Below are positions 11,401-24,922 of a stretch of 34,160 bases of DNA, in pieces. A model generated the notes under the pieces. That model saw only the letters and a program-made list of their open reading frames with translations. It did no database searches and was not told where the DNA came from. Within the stretch, counting starts at the first letter, position 1. Every line of letters begins with the position of its first letter. The position numbers were made by a program, and so were the translations under genes. The stretch is from Squatina squatina. Its lineage: Eukaryota. The stretch is from contig JARFOE010000001.1 in assembly GCA_031763465.1 (NCBI GenBank), forward strand, positions 8,248,407-8,282,566, in the 5' to 3' direction.

Positions 11401-12572
11401 GAGCTTTGCCAAAAAGAAATATGAACGGCATGGCAAAAGGATGAATCAGATGCCAACAAGTGTCATAGGATTGAGTGAAGTGAATACTAACACTGTGCTC
11501 AGTCCATAAAAGACCTCTAGTGTCACTAGTTATATTCAGAATACAGATGAATGCAGCACAGTGCATGAATGTGTAGTGCAAAGTGGGGATTTCTACAGCA
11601 ATCACTGACTGTTACTGAGTCAGTCTATACTTTTGGGCATTAGAAATAGTAAACAAGCAGATCAGATCTAGAATAACGGGAGTGTGTCACTTTCTCTTCA
11701 CTGGGTATCTGCATTAGCATAGTAATGTAAGGAACCCAGCAATGATTTCAGTCCAGTCACTGGCTTGGAGGTATGGAATAGTGTTGCTGATAGGAAAATT
11801 GTTCAAATCATCAGTTGCCTCAATGTTTGCATTAATGCAGCATTAATCATGTTGTTGTGTATTAATGAGTTTTCAGGCTATGCTAATTACTGTCATAGAT
11901 TCTGCAGCAGACCATTAAATATACAAATTACCGAATTAAAGATCCGGGCCTTTTCATGATTAATCTTAAATGGGTAAAAACTAATGATGTTTATAGAAAG
12001 TTTTCCTTTACTTTTAGATTATTTTGTGATTATGACTAAATATAATCAATCTAATTTCTTATAAATGATAGACTGTATTTTTTATAAAACTAGTTGATTT
12101 CCTGTGGGGTTGCTCACAGACAAAGGTAATGCTAAAATTGGGTTTTTCTTCCTGTGGCTGTCTATCTGCTTGTTCTTCTCAGTTTTCCCTCTCCCTCTCT
12201 TTCTCTGCTTCCATTCTTCTCTTTCTGGCTGTCACATGCTTTCTCTATCTCCGTTTGTGTTTGGCTCTTTTCTGTTAAATTAATCAAAATCGTATTTCTT
12301 AAAGGAAATCATCAGTTCTCAACATGTTAAATAAATCCTGATGCCACAAAAACATGCACTTTATTATGAAGCCAAAATACTAATATGAATATATATAAGT
12401 CTACAAAAAGGAATGAATACAATAAAGAATTGTTCAAAATCAATTATAATAGGACATAGGAAGCACAGTTTAAATTTGTATTAATTATGTATTTTTTTAA
12501 GGAAATGTAAGTGTACCTTTTATGTTTTACACTGTACTTTTTCCTCGATTNNNNNNNNNNAGCAGAAACTAA

Positions 12573-12738
12573 GGGGGAATGTTAACCTAACCTGGCAGGA
12601 TCAGATCAGAACCCATTTTATACTCTGCTCAATTTTACTTTCCATTGATGTCAACGAAAGATAAAATCAGTCGGGTTGTAAAACATGCACCTGATTAGAT
12701 CAGTTTCCTGTCGGGTAATCTAGGTTAAATTTACCTCC
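12573..12738. mobile_element. Palindromic MITE, PIF/Harbinger (Tourist-like)
   Basis: Terminal inverted repeats gggggaatgttaacctaa ... ctaggttaaatttacctcc. Central palindrome attttactttccattga-tg-tcaacgaaagataaaat. TAA on both sides (12570-12572 and 12739-12741) is consistent with a TWA target-site duplication. Confidence 0.8.
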
Positions 12739-13059
12739 TAAGTCGAATATAACACATTTCTTTAAACTTATATAAGTTAATTAATATATATTTTACTCAC
12801 TTTTTCTCTTCTCTCAAATTATTGCTTTAGCTCTGGAAGTATTCTCTTGATGCATTTGGGTCGTCTAGCTTGTAAAACCAGCAGACGGGGTGGATTCTGG
12901 GGTGGAACCTGTTTATGATGGGTCTCGGCCCCATAATAGTAATGCTGGCGGTCCATCATCTTTGACATCACATCAAAAACAATGACATCCTCCAGAATTC
13001 TTGCTAGTTCCACCTCTGGTGCCCCCAACATACTGGAACTGTCAGAATCTTAAAGAATA

Positions 13060-13500
13060 GGGGCACCCAATTGGTCTGCCGGCGCAAGTGCAAAATGAGC
13101 ACTGCACGGGCACTAGGGGTCTGTGTTTGGCGCTAAAGAGCTCCGATGCTAAATTGGCATTGGAGCAGCGCTGGTGCTAAATGGGCGCTGCTCCAGCAGC
13201 AATTCAAACTTGGTGCAGGCGTTGGATGGCGTCCATGATGTCATCATCAGGCGCAGTGCCCAAAATGGCCACCCAACATTGAATTCACTTCCATACCAAA
13301 CCTTTAAAAGTAGCAGTGAAACCGCCCAGTTTTTTGGGCGGTGACACACTCCCTCCATTGTTTTTTGGCGCTATTTAAAGGGCCAGGTGGGTTGCACATC
13401 TTGGTTGTTTAAATCGCATTGGTACCGCTTGAATCGCATTGGAAGCATTGTTTGCGAGTCGGCAGCTGTGTTTCCCACACTAAACTTTGCCTTTGGCTGA
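13060..13500. mobile_element. GC-rich DNA-transposon-like remnant (possibly Harbinger-type)
   Basis: Abrupt GC-rich block beginning gggcacccaattgg, with repeated ggcgc/gcgct motifs and an internal 11-bp inverted repeat (13161-13171 / 13185-13195). No coding signal. Confidence 0.4.
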
Positions 13501-13613
13501 GCATGTAAGTGCTNNNNNNNNNNNNNNNNNNNNNNNNNNNNNNNNNNNNNNNNNNNNNNNNNNNNNNNNNNNNNNNNNNNNNNNNNNNNNNNNNNNNNNN
13601 NNNNNNNNNNNNN

Positions 13614-13687
13614 CTGCTGAGATTTTCCAGCATTTTTTGTTTATATTCTAGATTCCAGCATCCGCAGTATTTCGCTTCTGTAAATAT
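13614..13687. mobile_element. End of the palindromic Penelope-associated/MITE-like repeat
   Basis: ctgctgagattttccagcattttttgttt...ttccagcatccgcagtatttcgcttctgtaaatat. A near-identical terminus lies at 22025-22050. Confidence 0.7.
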
Positions 13688-16600
13688 TAGGGCTATTGTC
13701 TCTGGGTTCTGGGTATAAATCCAACTGACCAGTATAATGAAAGTTACCTTTGGCTCTTGGTTGTGAGGGTGCTCTGTGAAGCCTGTTTGTGCAGTAACAC
13801 AGTTACTGGAAATTGTGGAGCCCATAGCACAACATTGCACTGTATTTGACTCTATTGGCTAGATTTTTTTTTCAATCCATTCATTATGAATGGGCAGAAA
13901 ACCTAGCCCTAATTTAGCAATTCAGGGAGGCCAAGCGGAAAGCTGTGGCGGAAAAGGAAAACAATGTCCTGCGAGTATAGTCGGGCCTAAAGTAGATATT
14001 AGCTCTCCTTTTCCTCTGACTTGTGCAATACTGACCTGCCATTGAGACACTGAGTCCCAAGCATCTTTCACTGTAACTGCTAGTCAGTCAAATTCACTGT
14101 TGTACAGTTGCTAATGTCCATTCCTGTTCTCTTTCATAAATATTGGTACCGCACTACTTTAACTTCCAGCAAAATATTGAATCTCATGCTACACCTCACT
14201 AGTGTTTCACAACAGACTGGTATATCACTCTGCTGGACTAAAGAATAAAAGTATTAATTTAGCTAGTAGCTAAAGAGTGACACACGGCCAGACAGACAGC
14301 ATAATGCCAGTATCAGTTAATGTATTTGGCTGCGATTCAAGTAGCAATGGAATTGTCTGGAAAATTGTGCTAGCAGAAAATTCAATAATAACTTTAGAAA
14401 AGAGCTGTGGGTAAGATAGTGACAGCCAATCAAGTAACTGCACTTTTTCACCACCTGTTTGCAAGAATTGATCTCTAAATGTTTCTCAAAATGAAAACAA
14501 TCCATATATGCTTCATGGTTCACAATTTGTTTTGGCAAATAGCAAACTGTTTNNNNNNNNNNNNNNNNNNNNNNNNNNNNNNNNNNNNNNNNNNNNNNNN
14601 NNNNNNNNNNNNNNNNNNNNNNNNNNNNNNNNNNNNNNNNNNNNNNNNNNNNAGGTGAAAGGGCCGTGCCTATTGTATCAACCGTTCTCCTCCTCATTTT
14701 AGGTTTTTAAATGTAACTATGTTGCAATACATTGGCCAGGGTATCAACTTAGCAGTAGGATCATTTTTACAGCTACTTTTCATAGTCAAACCTCAAGGGT
14801 GGGAAAAAAAAAATTTTTTTTTTGACTTGTGCTATGCTATGATAAAGTGACAGAGCAGATTCTGTGAACCACCCTGTATCATTTCTTTTAATGCATTCTA
14901 CACTGGCTCTAATTGTATTGTGTTTGTCAGTTGAACTCTTGCTCCCTTCCAGGCAAGCAGTACAAAGGATGCATTTATTCTGATGCTGGTGTCCCAGTGA
15001 TTCAATTCAGGGCATTTTATTCAATCAAAGGGAGGCTGAGGAGAGGTCAGACAAAAGATCTGAGTTAAAGCCCAGCAAATAAAATGGTGGCATTTTCTAA
15101 TGCACAACATCAGTTGTACAGTATTTTGCATCTTGGATCTAGCCATTAATCATCTGGTTTTGAATAAAATGTATCTCTGAAGAGCATATTTTCATTTGAA
15201 TCTCTACACAGATAAAAAATAAACCCCCCCTGACTGCCTAATGGAGAAAGGCACCACCCAAAGCAGCATTAAGTCATAACGACCAGAAGGAATGATACCT
15301 GGACTGAGCTGAGCAGTTGAGTTCAGCCAGAGCAGCAGTTGGTTACAATGTGCTTCAGCCTTTTATTGGGGAGGGAGCCAATCAGATAGGGTTTTCCCCT
15401 ACTTATCAGTAAGTTCTGGTGGAAAGTACATCAGGTGACAACAGAATTAGGCTCCGTTGCGATGTTGAAAGGCCTGCCGGCACCCANNNNNNNNNNNNNN
15501 NNNNNNNNNNNNNNNNNNNNNNNNNNNNNNNNNNNNNNNNNNNNNNNNNNNNNNNNNNNNNNNNNNNNNNNNNNNNNNNNNNNNNNTGATGACAAGTCAT
15601 TGCAGCATATGTTTGCCCTCTGGCCATATATAGGAAATCTGGTTCAACCTGAACTGACCCCAGCCTATTCAATTTGATCCCAGATACAAACTACATTACA
15701 TGGGTGGAAACCGGTCTTAGCTTTCTGGTTTTCCAACTTGCACTGCAAGATGGTGTTAATGAACAGAGAGATCAGCCTTTTTACAAGAAATCTGAACTAA
15801 GCCAACTGAAACCAGGCCACAGCATGGTTGAACTGACTAAACCTTAGATGGGTTTAACTTTTTGACCTAGCTCTATGCTCACTCTTGAACAATGTTGACT
15901 TCAGTATTAGATGGAAAAATTAGGTAATCTTCAGTTGGATAGAATTCTGTGTACACGTCTGCTGCTTTCATTTCTTCATTTTGGGTTGATATTCACAAGC
16001 ACCTTAAGTAATTCAGGAACTGATATGTAAACTACGTGATTTGCAGTGAACATAACTCACGTGATGATCGAGACTAAATTCATTCTTTCCCTTTACCCAC
16101 TTCCTTGAAGCAGGACATTGGGTGGACTTGGACAGTGTCAGATTCATTATCTAATATATGTTTTGCCGACCATGTGGTGAGCAGGGTCAGAGTATACATC
16201 AGATTGATTATAATCCATTGGTCCTGAAAATCCACAGGGTGCAATCTCCTGTTGGTGCTGCCTAGCGTTACCCAACTGGGATCAACCAGAATCACCTAAT
16301 ATAAGTGAGGCTGGTGGACGCCCTCCAGGGAGAGTTGCCCTGCCCTNNNNNNNNNNNNNNNNNNNNNNNNNNNNNNNNNNNNNNNNNNNNNNNNNNNNNN
16401 NNNNNNNNNNNNNNNNNNNNNNNNNNNNNNNNNNNNNNNNNNNNNNTCTGGCTTCTGAAATAAATGCTTTTCACGTCATTGTGTTGTACAATTTGTCAAT
16501 CAATATTATAGTTATATTAACCTGTATATCCCTGGACTTTTGTTTAATATTCCAAATCTACAAGAGTGAATTAAGCATATGTTCCAGTGAATAGTTTATT

Positions 16601-16889
16601 GCAATTGTGTTAATTGTTAGAGCTTGGGGTCATGACATTTCTGGAACAGCAAATGATGTGAAAAAGATAGTTTACACCTTCATGGCAGATAAATCCCACT
16701 CAGAACATGCTGTGAAACAGTTGGTAAAACAAATACTTTTGAAGCACCTTCAATTTCCATCCTTATGACGAATTACAGGTAAATTGTTAATTTCCAGCAT
16801 CTGTGCATGATGAGCAGGCTTTTTGTATATTATAAACTAGGAGCTGGATGAGCATGTTTTTGTATTCCGTAGATGTAGAAATGTATTTG

Positions 16890-17100
16890 GCACAAAATTG
16901 GAATAAAAGAACCAGAGGACATGAGTTTAAGCTAAAGAAGCTACCAGTTAAATTTGATTTACAGGAACAACTTAATCCATGTTTGAAATTGTTCAGTGCT
17001 GAAACAGATTGCCACTTAGCGGAGAAAATAGCAACCAAAGGACTTGAGAATTAAATTGATCCCTGGTTCAGGGAGTGGAGGGATTTAGTTTGGTGCAGGT
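16890..17100 (+). mobile_element. Old, degraded CR1 ORF2 C-terminal fragment
   Basis: RTRGHEFKLKK matches the CR1 RTRGH(S/x)(L/F)KL motif. Downstream sequence is decayed. Confidence 0.6.
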
Positions 17101-18512
17101 ATATGGACTTGACAAGATGATAACTTATCAAAATAAATTTTGAAATAGGACCTAGATCAGTGTGTCAAATATTGGCACTTTCCTAGGGAGCCACTGTAAA
17201 TATCTGATACACTCTGCAGGCCCCCATTTCTTAACTTCCAAACAATAGGTCAACTGACCAAAGGAAAACAGTGTCATCACTTAAAGTGTTACTTTTGCTG
17301 CTTTAGGAGTGACTTGCCCCAAATGTATCTTGGAGTCACTTTGCCGCTGTCAGAATACCAACAAAGAGAACATCTGCTAACCTGTCATGCTAGGTCATAG
17401 ATGCAACTGTTAGGGGAGATTATAGCATGTCTTTACCCTATTTTCTTTAAGTGGGTTCTATTCCCCAGATCCTAACTGATATTAATGGAATTGCTTTATG
17501 CACCTGCTCCATAAGACGACCATGACTGAAATTATGNNNNNNNNNNNNNNNNNNNNNNNNNNNNNNNNNNNNNNNNNNNNNNNNNNNNNNNNNNNNNNNN
17601 NNNNNNNNNNNNNNNNNNNNNNNNNNNNNNNNNNNNTAATGGATTGAATAGATTTCACTGCATGCTTCCTCCAATTTGTCCCCCTTTGGACCAAGTAAAC
17701 GAAGGTTGGGAGGAGATTGGGTCAGGGCATGGGGAGAAGGTACATTTTATGAATTAACACTTCTGGCACAAAGCTTTGAGCAATGGGACTGCATGTTGGG
17801 AATTCAGTGGTAGAAACCAGTGTACCCTGGTGACTGAAAAGTCAAGAAACTCACACAATCAGTTGGATCTAACTGAGTTCCAATTCTGCAACAATTCATT
17901 CATGTAAAAGGCAGATGCTCATTCCATAATTTTAATGCAGTGTGCAATCATCCTGCCATTAAAATTAGGTGTCATGAGCAACCTATGCTCCGGATGAGAC
18001 GCTCATTGTGAAATGGGTTGTCTCCGTTGTAAATGGCAATGACACATACTTCTGAGCACACTTTGTCATTATTAGAAAATGCAAAGGGACAGCTGTACCT
18101 CTTAAGAAACGTCTCTTGACAAATTACTACACGCTAACATTTAACAGTGCAGTTTTTGTTTTTGTTCAGCTGGACAAATAATGTTCAATGTGTACCAGCA
18201 AGATTTATAGGTATCACACAATAGCACAAAGCTTATTTGTTGTCATGGTTTGAAGCCAAAATTCCCCATATGCAGTCCTTGTGAGCGAAGCTTTGTGTCG
18301 GGAATGCAATTTATAAAATTTCCTCTTGCGCATCATCAGAAATTTCAGTTTGGAAGCCAGATTTCCTGTTGATAGAGTTCAGTGATAGCTAAAGTAATGT
18401 TTCTAAGGACCCTGCTGTTGCAACTATCTAAAATGATGCTTCCGTTTTAGCGTGAAACATCCTAGCTAATCAATATTGATTAAAGATATGAAAATGGCTT
18501 GAAGTAAAAGGT

Positions 18513-18605
18513 AGGGAGTAATTTTCACTTTACAGGGGTGGAAAACTACTGGTAGCAGATCGGTTGCCCATTATAAACCCCGTCCGTTTTTTTTTCTTTC
18601 CAGTC
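18513..18605. mobile_element. Half copy of the palindromic Harbinger-type MITE
   Basis: agggagtaattttcac...cagatcgg...cccattataaaccccgtccgttttt...ctttcca parallels the left arm of 12573-12738. Confidence 0.55.
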
Positions 18606-19350
18606 AAAAAAGTCTTTGGGACTGTTTCATTTACAATCTACATTTAGTGGATCAAGACCAAGTCCGAAAGCTTTAAGTCCTTTTCAGAGGACATATTTCT
18701 CAGTTGTGTCTGAAAGTCTGTGCTTGTGTCTTAATGTGTTATTACTTCAGAACAGGTTAACTGTCCAGCAGTGAATGAATATGTCACCATAATTACTTAG
18801 ATTGAATGAGGATTAAAGAAAAAGTCTGTCTGTCAAGCACTGAGTAGGCAAAAACAGATGCAATTAAAATAATTAGTGATGCATCATTCAACATAGCAGA
18901 ATGAATATGAGCTTAATTGGTTTGATTTTCTCTGTTTGTACTTGCTTTCAAAAATATACACAGTAACTAATTCACACAGATCTCATTTTAGTATGTGATT
19001 CTTTTTCCCACTTTGGTTCAAATGTAGATCAATTTAGGAAAAAATAGAAATTAAGTGAAATTCAATCGCATCCCAGGGATATCAGTCAAACTCATTGTTG
19101 TAATCTCTATCTTGAGACACCCTAGAATGTGTTAGTTTAATGTTGACAACTATGATGGATTACCATAAAATGATGGCACCTGCTCACAGTGATTAGTATG
19201 TCGGACTCGGTACATAGCCAGACTTCCTGATTTGAGGGCTTTTTTGACCACCATTCTGTTTTATTGTCATGCTGATGTTATATTTCTGCTGTAATGACAG
19301 AGCTCTGCGAACTACATCAGGAATAAGCCATTAAAATGGTCAAAAGAAGC

Positions 19351-19712
19351 TTTGTGGCAATGTGACATTGAAATAGTCTGGACCAGAAAGGGTCTGGTTT
19401 GATCACTGGTTGGATTTCATTAGTTGATCTTATGCATGGCAATTCTGGGGTTGCTGTAATTGGCTTTAGGATGCCCTGTTGGGGAAGAAAAAAACTGGAT
19501 TCCCGCTCCTGATTATTCAACCTAAATACTGATTAATATGCCCGGATGAGAACAGGTTATAGCCTCCANNNNNNNNNNTCGCCAACTGACAGTCACTGCC
19601 TACACATAAAAAGTGGTCACAGAAAGGTACAAGAGAGCCAGCACTGCCTGTGGAGCCATACATCTGCATGAGCTGCTACGTTCAGTAGAGGCAGATAAAG
19701 GGGAAAATCAAA
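19351..19712 (+). mobile_element. Degenerate tRNA-derived SINE, AmnSINE2-like family, copy 3 (longest)
   Basis: gaccagaaagggtctggtttgatcactggt...ttagttgatct...ggggttgctgtaattggc...ggggaagaaaaaaactggattcccgctcctgat...gatgagaacagg...gtggagccatac is colinear with copies 1 and 2. Confidence 0.65.
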
Positions 19713-22024
19713 GGGAAAGTTAGAAGAGGAAAAAATGATTCCTCATAAAAGCCATCTCATTATGTTCTAAAAGCTATATAATTCTAAAGCAACAAACCTA
19801 TGCTCAGTTCTTTATTATTTGGCCCATACAGTGTCCCTGATGATTCTAGGTAAAACTACCTTGAGTAGTCACAAGTGACATGAAATTAATATGGTTTAAC
19901 AATAAATCACATCCGTGAATACTTCAGCAAGTGAATAACACTGACCTTTGTGATAATGCTTTAATTCCTCCTGGCCTGGATCGCTATATTTTGCTTTTAG
20001 AAACTTCACTCTTTTTTACCCCTTTGCCTCTCTTCTCATTTTGCTTGTGCACTATTAGCTACTCACTTAGAAATAAAATAGCTTTACCTCCCTCCAATCT
20101 CCGGGGAGGGGTCAGAATGGCTTTACATATGCTGCACTGCATGTGCTCTTGGAACTGTTAGGAAATCTGTTTAATTGAAAGGAGCCTGACTATGTCTTTA
20201 AAAGCTTGATTGTTTTCTTTTTACTATTTTATTTCTTGTTCAATTTCTACTTCCTATCTATATGTTTCGTATAGATTCACTTAATCTGTTATTCACTTAA
20301 CGGATTTGTGAAATGCATACTACAGTCATATTTTAAATGAACGCTGCTTGCAAAATGTTGTGAAAGTGCAGGATATTTATGAACTGCATTTATTGTGGAG
20401 CTGGTATCCAATTGCTTCAATTATGCTTTAAAAAAATATATTGAAATTCGGCGGGAACCCCCACAGTAATACGATAATGTTCCTGCACTATTCACTAGGG
20501 ATGAGCGTTTGAATTTTGGCTGTGTCTTTGGAAGATGAAAATTTGCCTGTTCTTAAAGGCAAAGTTAAAGAACAATCCTGACAACCCACAACAGTCTCAT
20601 GATACCTTCTCTGGATATACCAGGAAACAGCACATTCCTTCTTGAGATCTGTAGACATCATGTCTATATGCATCACTAGGCTTGTAGGGAATGTGCACAT
20701 AAACCCACAAGACCAGCGGAGTCCAGACAAATGCATATTACTTAAACTCCCATCCCACCTGCACCAGCACTCAAGACTGATATCACATAGGTACGTAGCC
20801 ATCTCAAGACCATTTGAAGACTGTGTCCCTGTTGACCTCTTGTTTTCACACACCCCCTCCCCCCCCCCCCCCGCCCCAAACTTGCCAGCATTTTTGGGGA
20901 AATTGGAATACATACTTACTTACAATGAGACCATTAGAAATTTAACCCATGCTTACAACTCCCNNNNNNNNNNNNNNNNNNNNNNNNNNNNNNNNNNNNN
21001 NNNNNNNNNNNNNNNNNNNNNNNNNNNNNNNNNNNNNNNNNNNNNNNNNNNNNNNNNNNNNNNCCCATGCTTACAACTCCCGCCCCCTTCCACAAACCAC
21101 CTAGAATGCTAACAAATATATTGATTACAGGACTGCCAAGAATTAGACAGTCTTTGAGGTCAGTAAAGATTAGACCTATACTCATCATTAAGGAACATAG
21201 AACCATCTCCTGTTCCGCTACCTGGAATCAAGTCTTCAAATAAATTTCAATTGTTTAAAGTACATTTGGTGCTATAATTTGGGCCATAGCTACCAAATTT
21301 AAAAGGAACAAGACCTGGAAAATACACGTCATTGTGAATAAATTTAAATATCAAATTCTGACCACTTTGGGTTTTCAGTTTGGTTGAGCGCTCATCCCTA
21401 TTGTTCACAGAAGGTTGCTTATCAGTAAAGTGTCACTTTGCAGCAGCTTGAATTGCAGGAATTGAAAGCTCCTGTTATTTGCTTGCAAACAGTATAATAC
21501 CACACTGCATTGCCATTGATTTAACTTCTTACACCATAACTCTTCTTTTCTTAATTCCCACATGACAGCAAGGTGGGAGTGAAATCCCCCCCATTCCCCG
21601 GGAGAGGTTGTTACGTCACAGGGTAACTTTCCAGGATCAGATGGTCCCAAGTCGTCAGGAGGTAAAGGCTTAATAAGCACGTACTTCTGTCATAAGCTCG
21701 AAAGGAATCTTGAGACTTGAATTACAAGAAGTCATGCTTTGCCTGTCCATGTAAAAGTCACTCCAGCATTATTCATCAGCTTTTCCCCAGCAATAACAAA
21801 TTGGTGAAGCAAGTGCATTTTGTGGCTTGAAACCCCTGCGGAACCATCATTTGCATGTATTAACAGTGTCCCTAAATGTTGCGGTTCAGCAAAATAAATT
21901 GTTTTGTAAAATGTTTTGCTGGTANNNNNNNNNNNNNNNNNNNNNNNNNNNNNNNNNNNNNNNNNNNNNNNNNNNNNNNNNNNNNNNNNNNNNNNNNNNN
22001 NNNNNNNNNNNNNNNNNNNNNNNN

Positions 22025-22050
22025 CCGCAGTATTTTGCATCTGTAAATAT
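22025..22050. mobile_element. Terminus of the palindromic Penelope-associated/MITE-like repeat at a contig edge
   Basis: ccgcagtattttgcatctgtaaatat versus ccgcagtatttcgcttctgtaaatat near 13662-13687. Confidence 0.6.
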
Positions 22051-22708
22051 CTGACTGGTTTGCCAGTGTCCTTCAGGGAAAGAAACCTGTGTTTTACTGA
22101 TGATCATTTTTCACTTCCTTCGCCTGGCCTTAGGACTGTGACTGTCTTAAAATGGGTTCCATAACCTTATCACACCGATGCGACTGCTTCAGTCTGAAAG
22201 GGGCCTACTTCTGCATGTCCAAAGCAGCTGCCAGTTTCAGGCGATGGCCCCTTTTAATATGGAAATCAGGGTCCTGTGACCTAAATAAGACCCTGGTTGT
22301 CATTTTAAGTCAGAACTCTCTGGATCTTGGGCTTTGCAATATTGAAATGAGGGTCCTTGGCCTCTTTCAGTGCCTATTTGTGAAATTCATCAAGTCTTGT
22401 CAGAGCTTATGCTGCATATGTTTTGACGACTAGTTTTTCTGGATCTACAACTGCTTAATCAGTGGGCCTTGTGGAAATTTGGGTTGAGTGTTTTTCTAAA
22501 CGTAATTTCTGGGTTTGATATCGGGCAATATTAACATCTTGAGGAATTTTATTTTAAAATAGTATTGCATTGAACAATCTGATGATTATTGTGTGTCCTT
22601 CCATTTCTTTGTATTCAATAGTGAGAGGAAGTGGTGATTTTTCTGCTTAACACTTCTTAAAATCCCAGAGGATTCTGTGCAGTCAGATTGACTCCAGCAG
22701 GGAATCCA

Positions 22709-22722
22709 GTTGCCATAGTAAC
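22709..22722. promoter_or_regulatory. RFX X-box motif
   Basis: GTTGCCATAGTAAC fits the GTNRCC-N2-RGYAAC consensus exactly. Confidence 0.5.
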
Positions 22723-23859
22723 AGCTATGTAGCATCTGACACGACTGTAATTACAAGGTACCTGCAAGCCATGTGTGTACGTGTATCGTTGCCACTTTGT
22801 GACATCTCTGTCAAGTCATTGTTTACATCGGGTGGCTTCGTATTATTCTGGTTTGGCTGAAGCCAGCCAGCTGCATCAGCACGGTGGAGCCCTAGGTAAC
22901 CAGTGGAAACCCCTCATTAGAAAGAGTAAGGAAACTCTCAGTAGACCCTCACTGCAGTCTCTTTGGCGACTTGTATACTAATTAACAAGCCATCCAAACA
23001 GGCGAAAGACAATGAAAATGACAGAGTGCCATCTGCTATTAAGTAGGTTAAATACAAATAATTATTGAAACTGAACTAAAGAAATCTGTACTTTTGGCCT
23101 GCTCAGAATTAAATAAGGATTTCAGCATGAATGATTTGTGTTACAAACAGCAGCTGTGTGGTTGTTGGAAAAGACAAGCAGTGCTTCTCAGTCGCTCTAT
23201 CAGTTGCAGAAAAACAATAAACCTAGTCAAACCAGAAAATGAGATTTCTGAGTATAAATAATGGGGTAGAAATGGTTTTTTTAAAAAATAAGTCACAAAG
23301 CATACCAATTTAACAATGGGACGGCCTGTGCCCAGTCAGCACAGGCCTTGGTCGCACTGTCAAATTTGTGGGGCCCACTTTTTAGGTATCCTGAGCACAC
23401 GCCATAAACCGGCGTTTGGTCTCTTGAATACGTTACCTGATGGCCACTGCTGGGGAGACAGGCGGCCAGACATTGATGCTTCGCTCGGGCTCGCTGTCTG
23501 TGGAGGCACAACCCGCGCAAGTATGCTGATAAGGTCCAAGGGCCAATTTCCATCGATACCCAGGTCAGTTGGGATCCACGAAACAGGATCCCAGTCAGAA
23601 TCAGTGCCTTTAGGAAAAAGTTGACAACACTGATCCTTTTAGAGCATCGCACTGATTTTATAGTTGTACTGCTTTGCTCCTGCCCTCGCCCTCCACCATA
23701 AGCATAAAAACATTTGAATTATTTCAGGTGCACTTGCAGGGTAAAGAGGCAGATGCACTGTGGTAGCCCAGATGTTCTCCATCCTCACTTGTCTTTCTGC
23801 TTATATCACTACACTGATTCTAATTGGTTATATCAAGTTCAGCAGCACATTCAGATAAC

Positions 23860-24830
23860 NNNNNNNNNNNNNNNNNNNNNNNNNNNNNNNNNNNNNNNNN
23901 NNNNNNNNNNNNNNNNNNNNNNNNNNNNNNNNNNNNNNNNNNNNNNNNNNNNNNNNNNNNNNNNNNNNNNNNNNNNNNNNNNNNNNNNNNNNNNNNNNNN
24001 NNNNNNNNNNNNNNNNNNNNNNNNNNNNNNNNNNNNNNNNNNNNNNNNNNNNNNNNNNNNNNNNNNNNNNNNNNNNNNNNNNNNNNNNNNNNNNNNNNNN
24101 NNNNNNNNNNNNNNNNNNNNNNNNNNNNNNNNNNNNNNNNNNNNNNNNNNNNNNNNNNNNNNNNNNNNNNNNNNNNNNNNNNNNNNNNNNNNNNNNNNNN
24201 NNNNNNNNNNNNNNNNNNNNNNNNNNNNNNNNNNNNNNNNNNNNNNNNNNNNNNNNNNNNNNNNNNNNNNNNNNNNNNNNNNNNNNNNNNNNNNNNNNNN
24301 NNNNNNNNNNNNNNNNNNNNNNNNNNNNNNNNNNNNNNNNNNNNNNNNNNNNNNNNNNNNNNNNNNNNNNNNNNNNNNNNNNNNNNNNNNNNNNNNNNNN
24401 NNNNNNNNNNNNNNNNNNNNNNNNNNNNNNNNNNNNNNNNNNNNNNNNNNNNNNNNNNNNNNNNNNNNNNNNNNNNNNNNNNNNNNNNNNNNNNNNNNNN
24501 NNNNNNNNNNNNNNNNNNNNNNNNNNNNNNNNNNNNNNNNNNNNNNNNNNNNNNNNNNNNNNNNNNNNNNNNNNNNNNNNNNNNNNNNNNNNNNNNNNNN
24601 NNNNNNNNNNNNNNNNNNNNNNNNNNNNNNNNNNNNNNNNNNNNNNNNNNNNNNNNNNNNNNNNNNNNNNNNNNNNNNNNNNNNNNNNNNNNNNNNNNNN
24701 NNNNNNNNNNNNNNNNNNNNNNNNNNNNNNNNNNNNNNNNNNNNNNNNNNNNNNNNNNNNNNNNNNNNNNNNNNNNNNNNNNNNNNNNNNNNNNNNNNNN
24801 NNNNNNNNNNNNNNNNNNNNNNNNNNNNNN
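23860..24830. other. 971-nt assembly gap over the likely promoter/5' UTR of canonical ANK2 exon 1
   Basis: The run of N ends 92 nt before the ATG at 24923. Confidence 0.9.
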
Positions 24831-24922
24831 CCAGCAAGTGACAACACACTCCGTCTGGTGTGTGCAGTCGAGAGATTTTGATGGGAGAACAGTGTTCTTT
24901 CCCAAAAAAAAGGTAGAAAACG

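Noticed and set aside
12819-13031. Minus-strand ORF with PQNPPR, resembling a recalled mouse Ank2 N-terminus
   Set aside because: Wrong strand for ANK2, no donor, and only a short match.
14701-14746. Homolog of the human MTTMLQK exon (actATGTTGCAA after an acceptor-like AG)
   Set aside because: It continues YIGQ with no phase 0 donor.
21641-21667. Mini first exon MVPSRQE with GAG|GTAAAG donor
   Set aside because: Seven codons, a weak -3 base and no homology, which is expected by chance.
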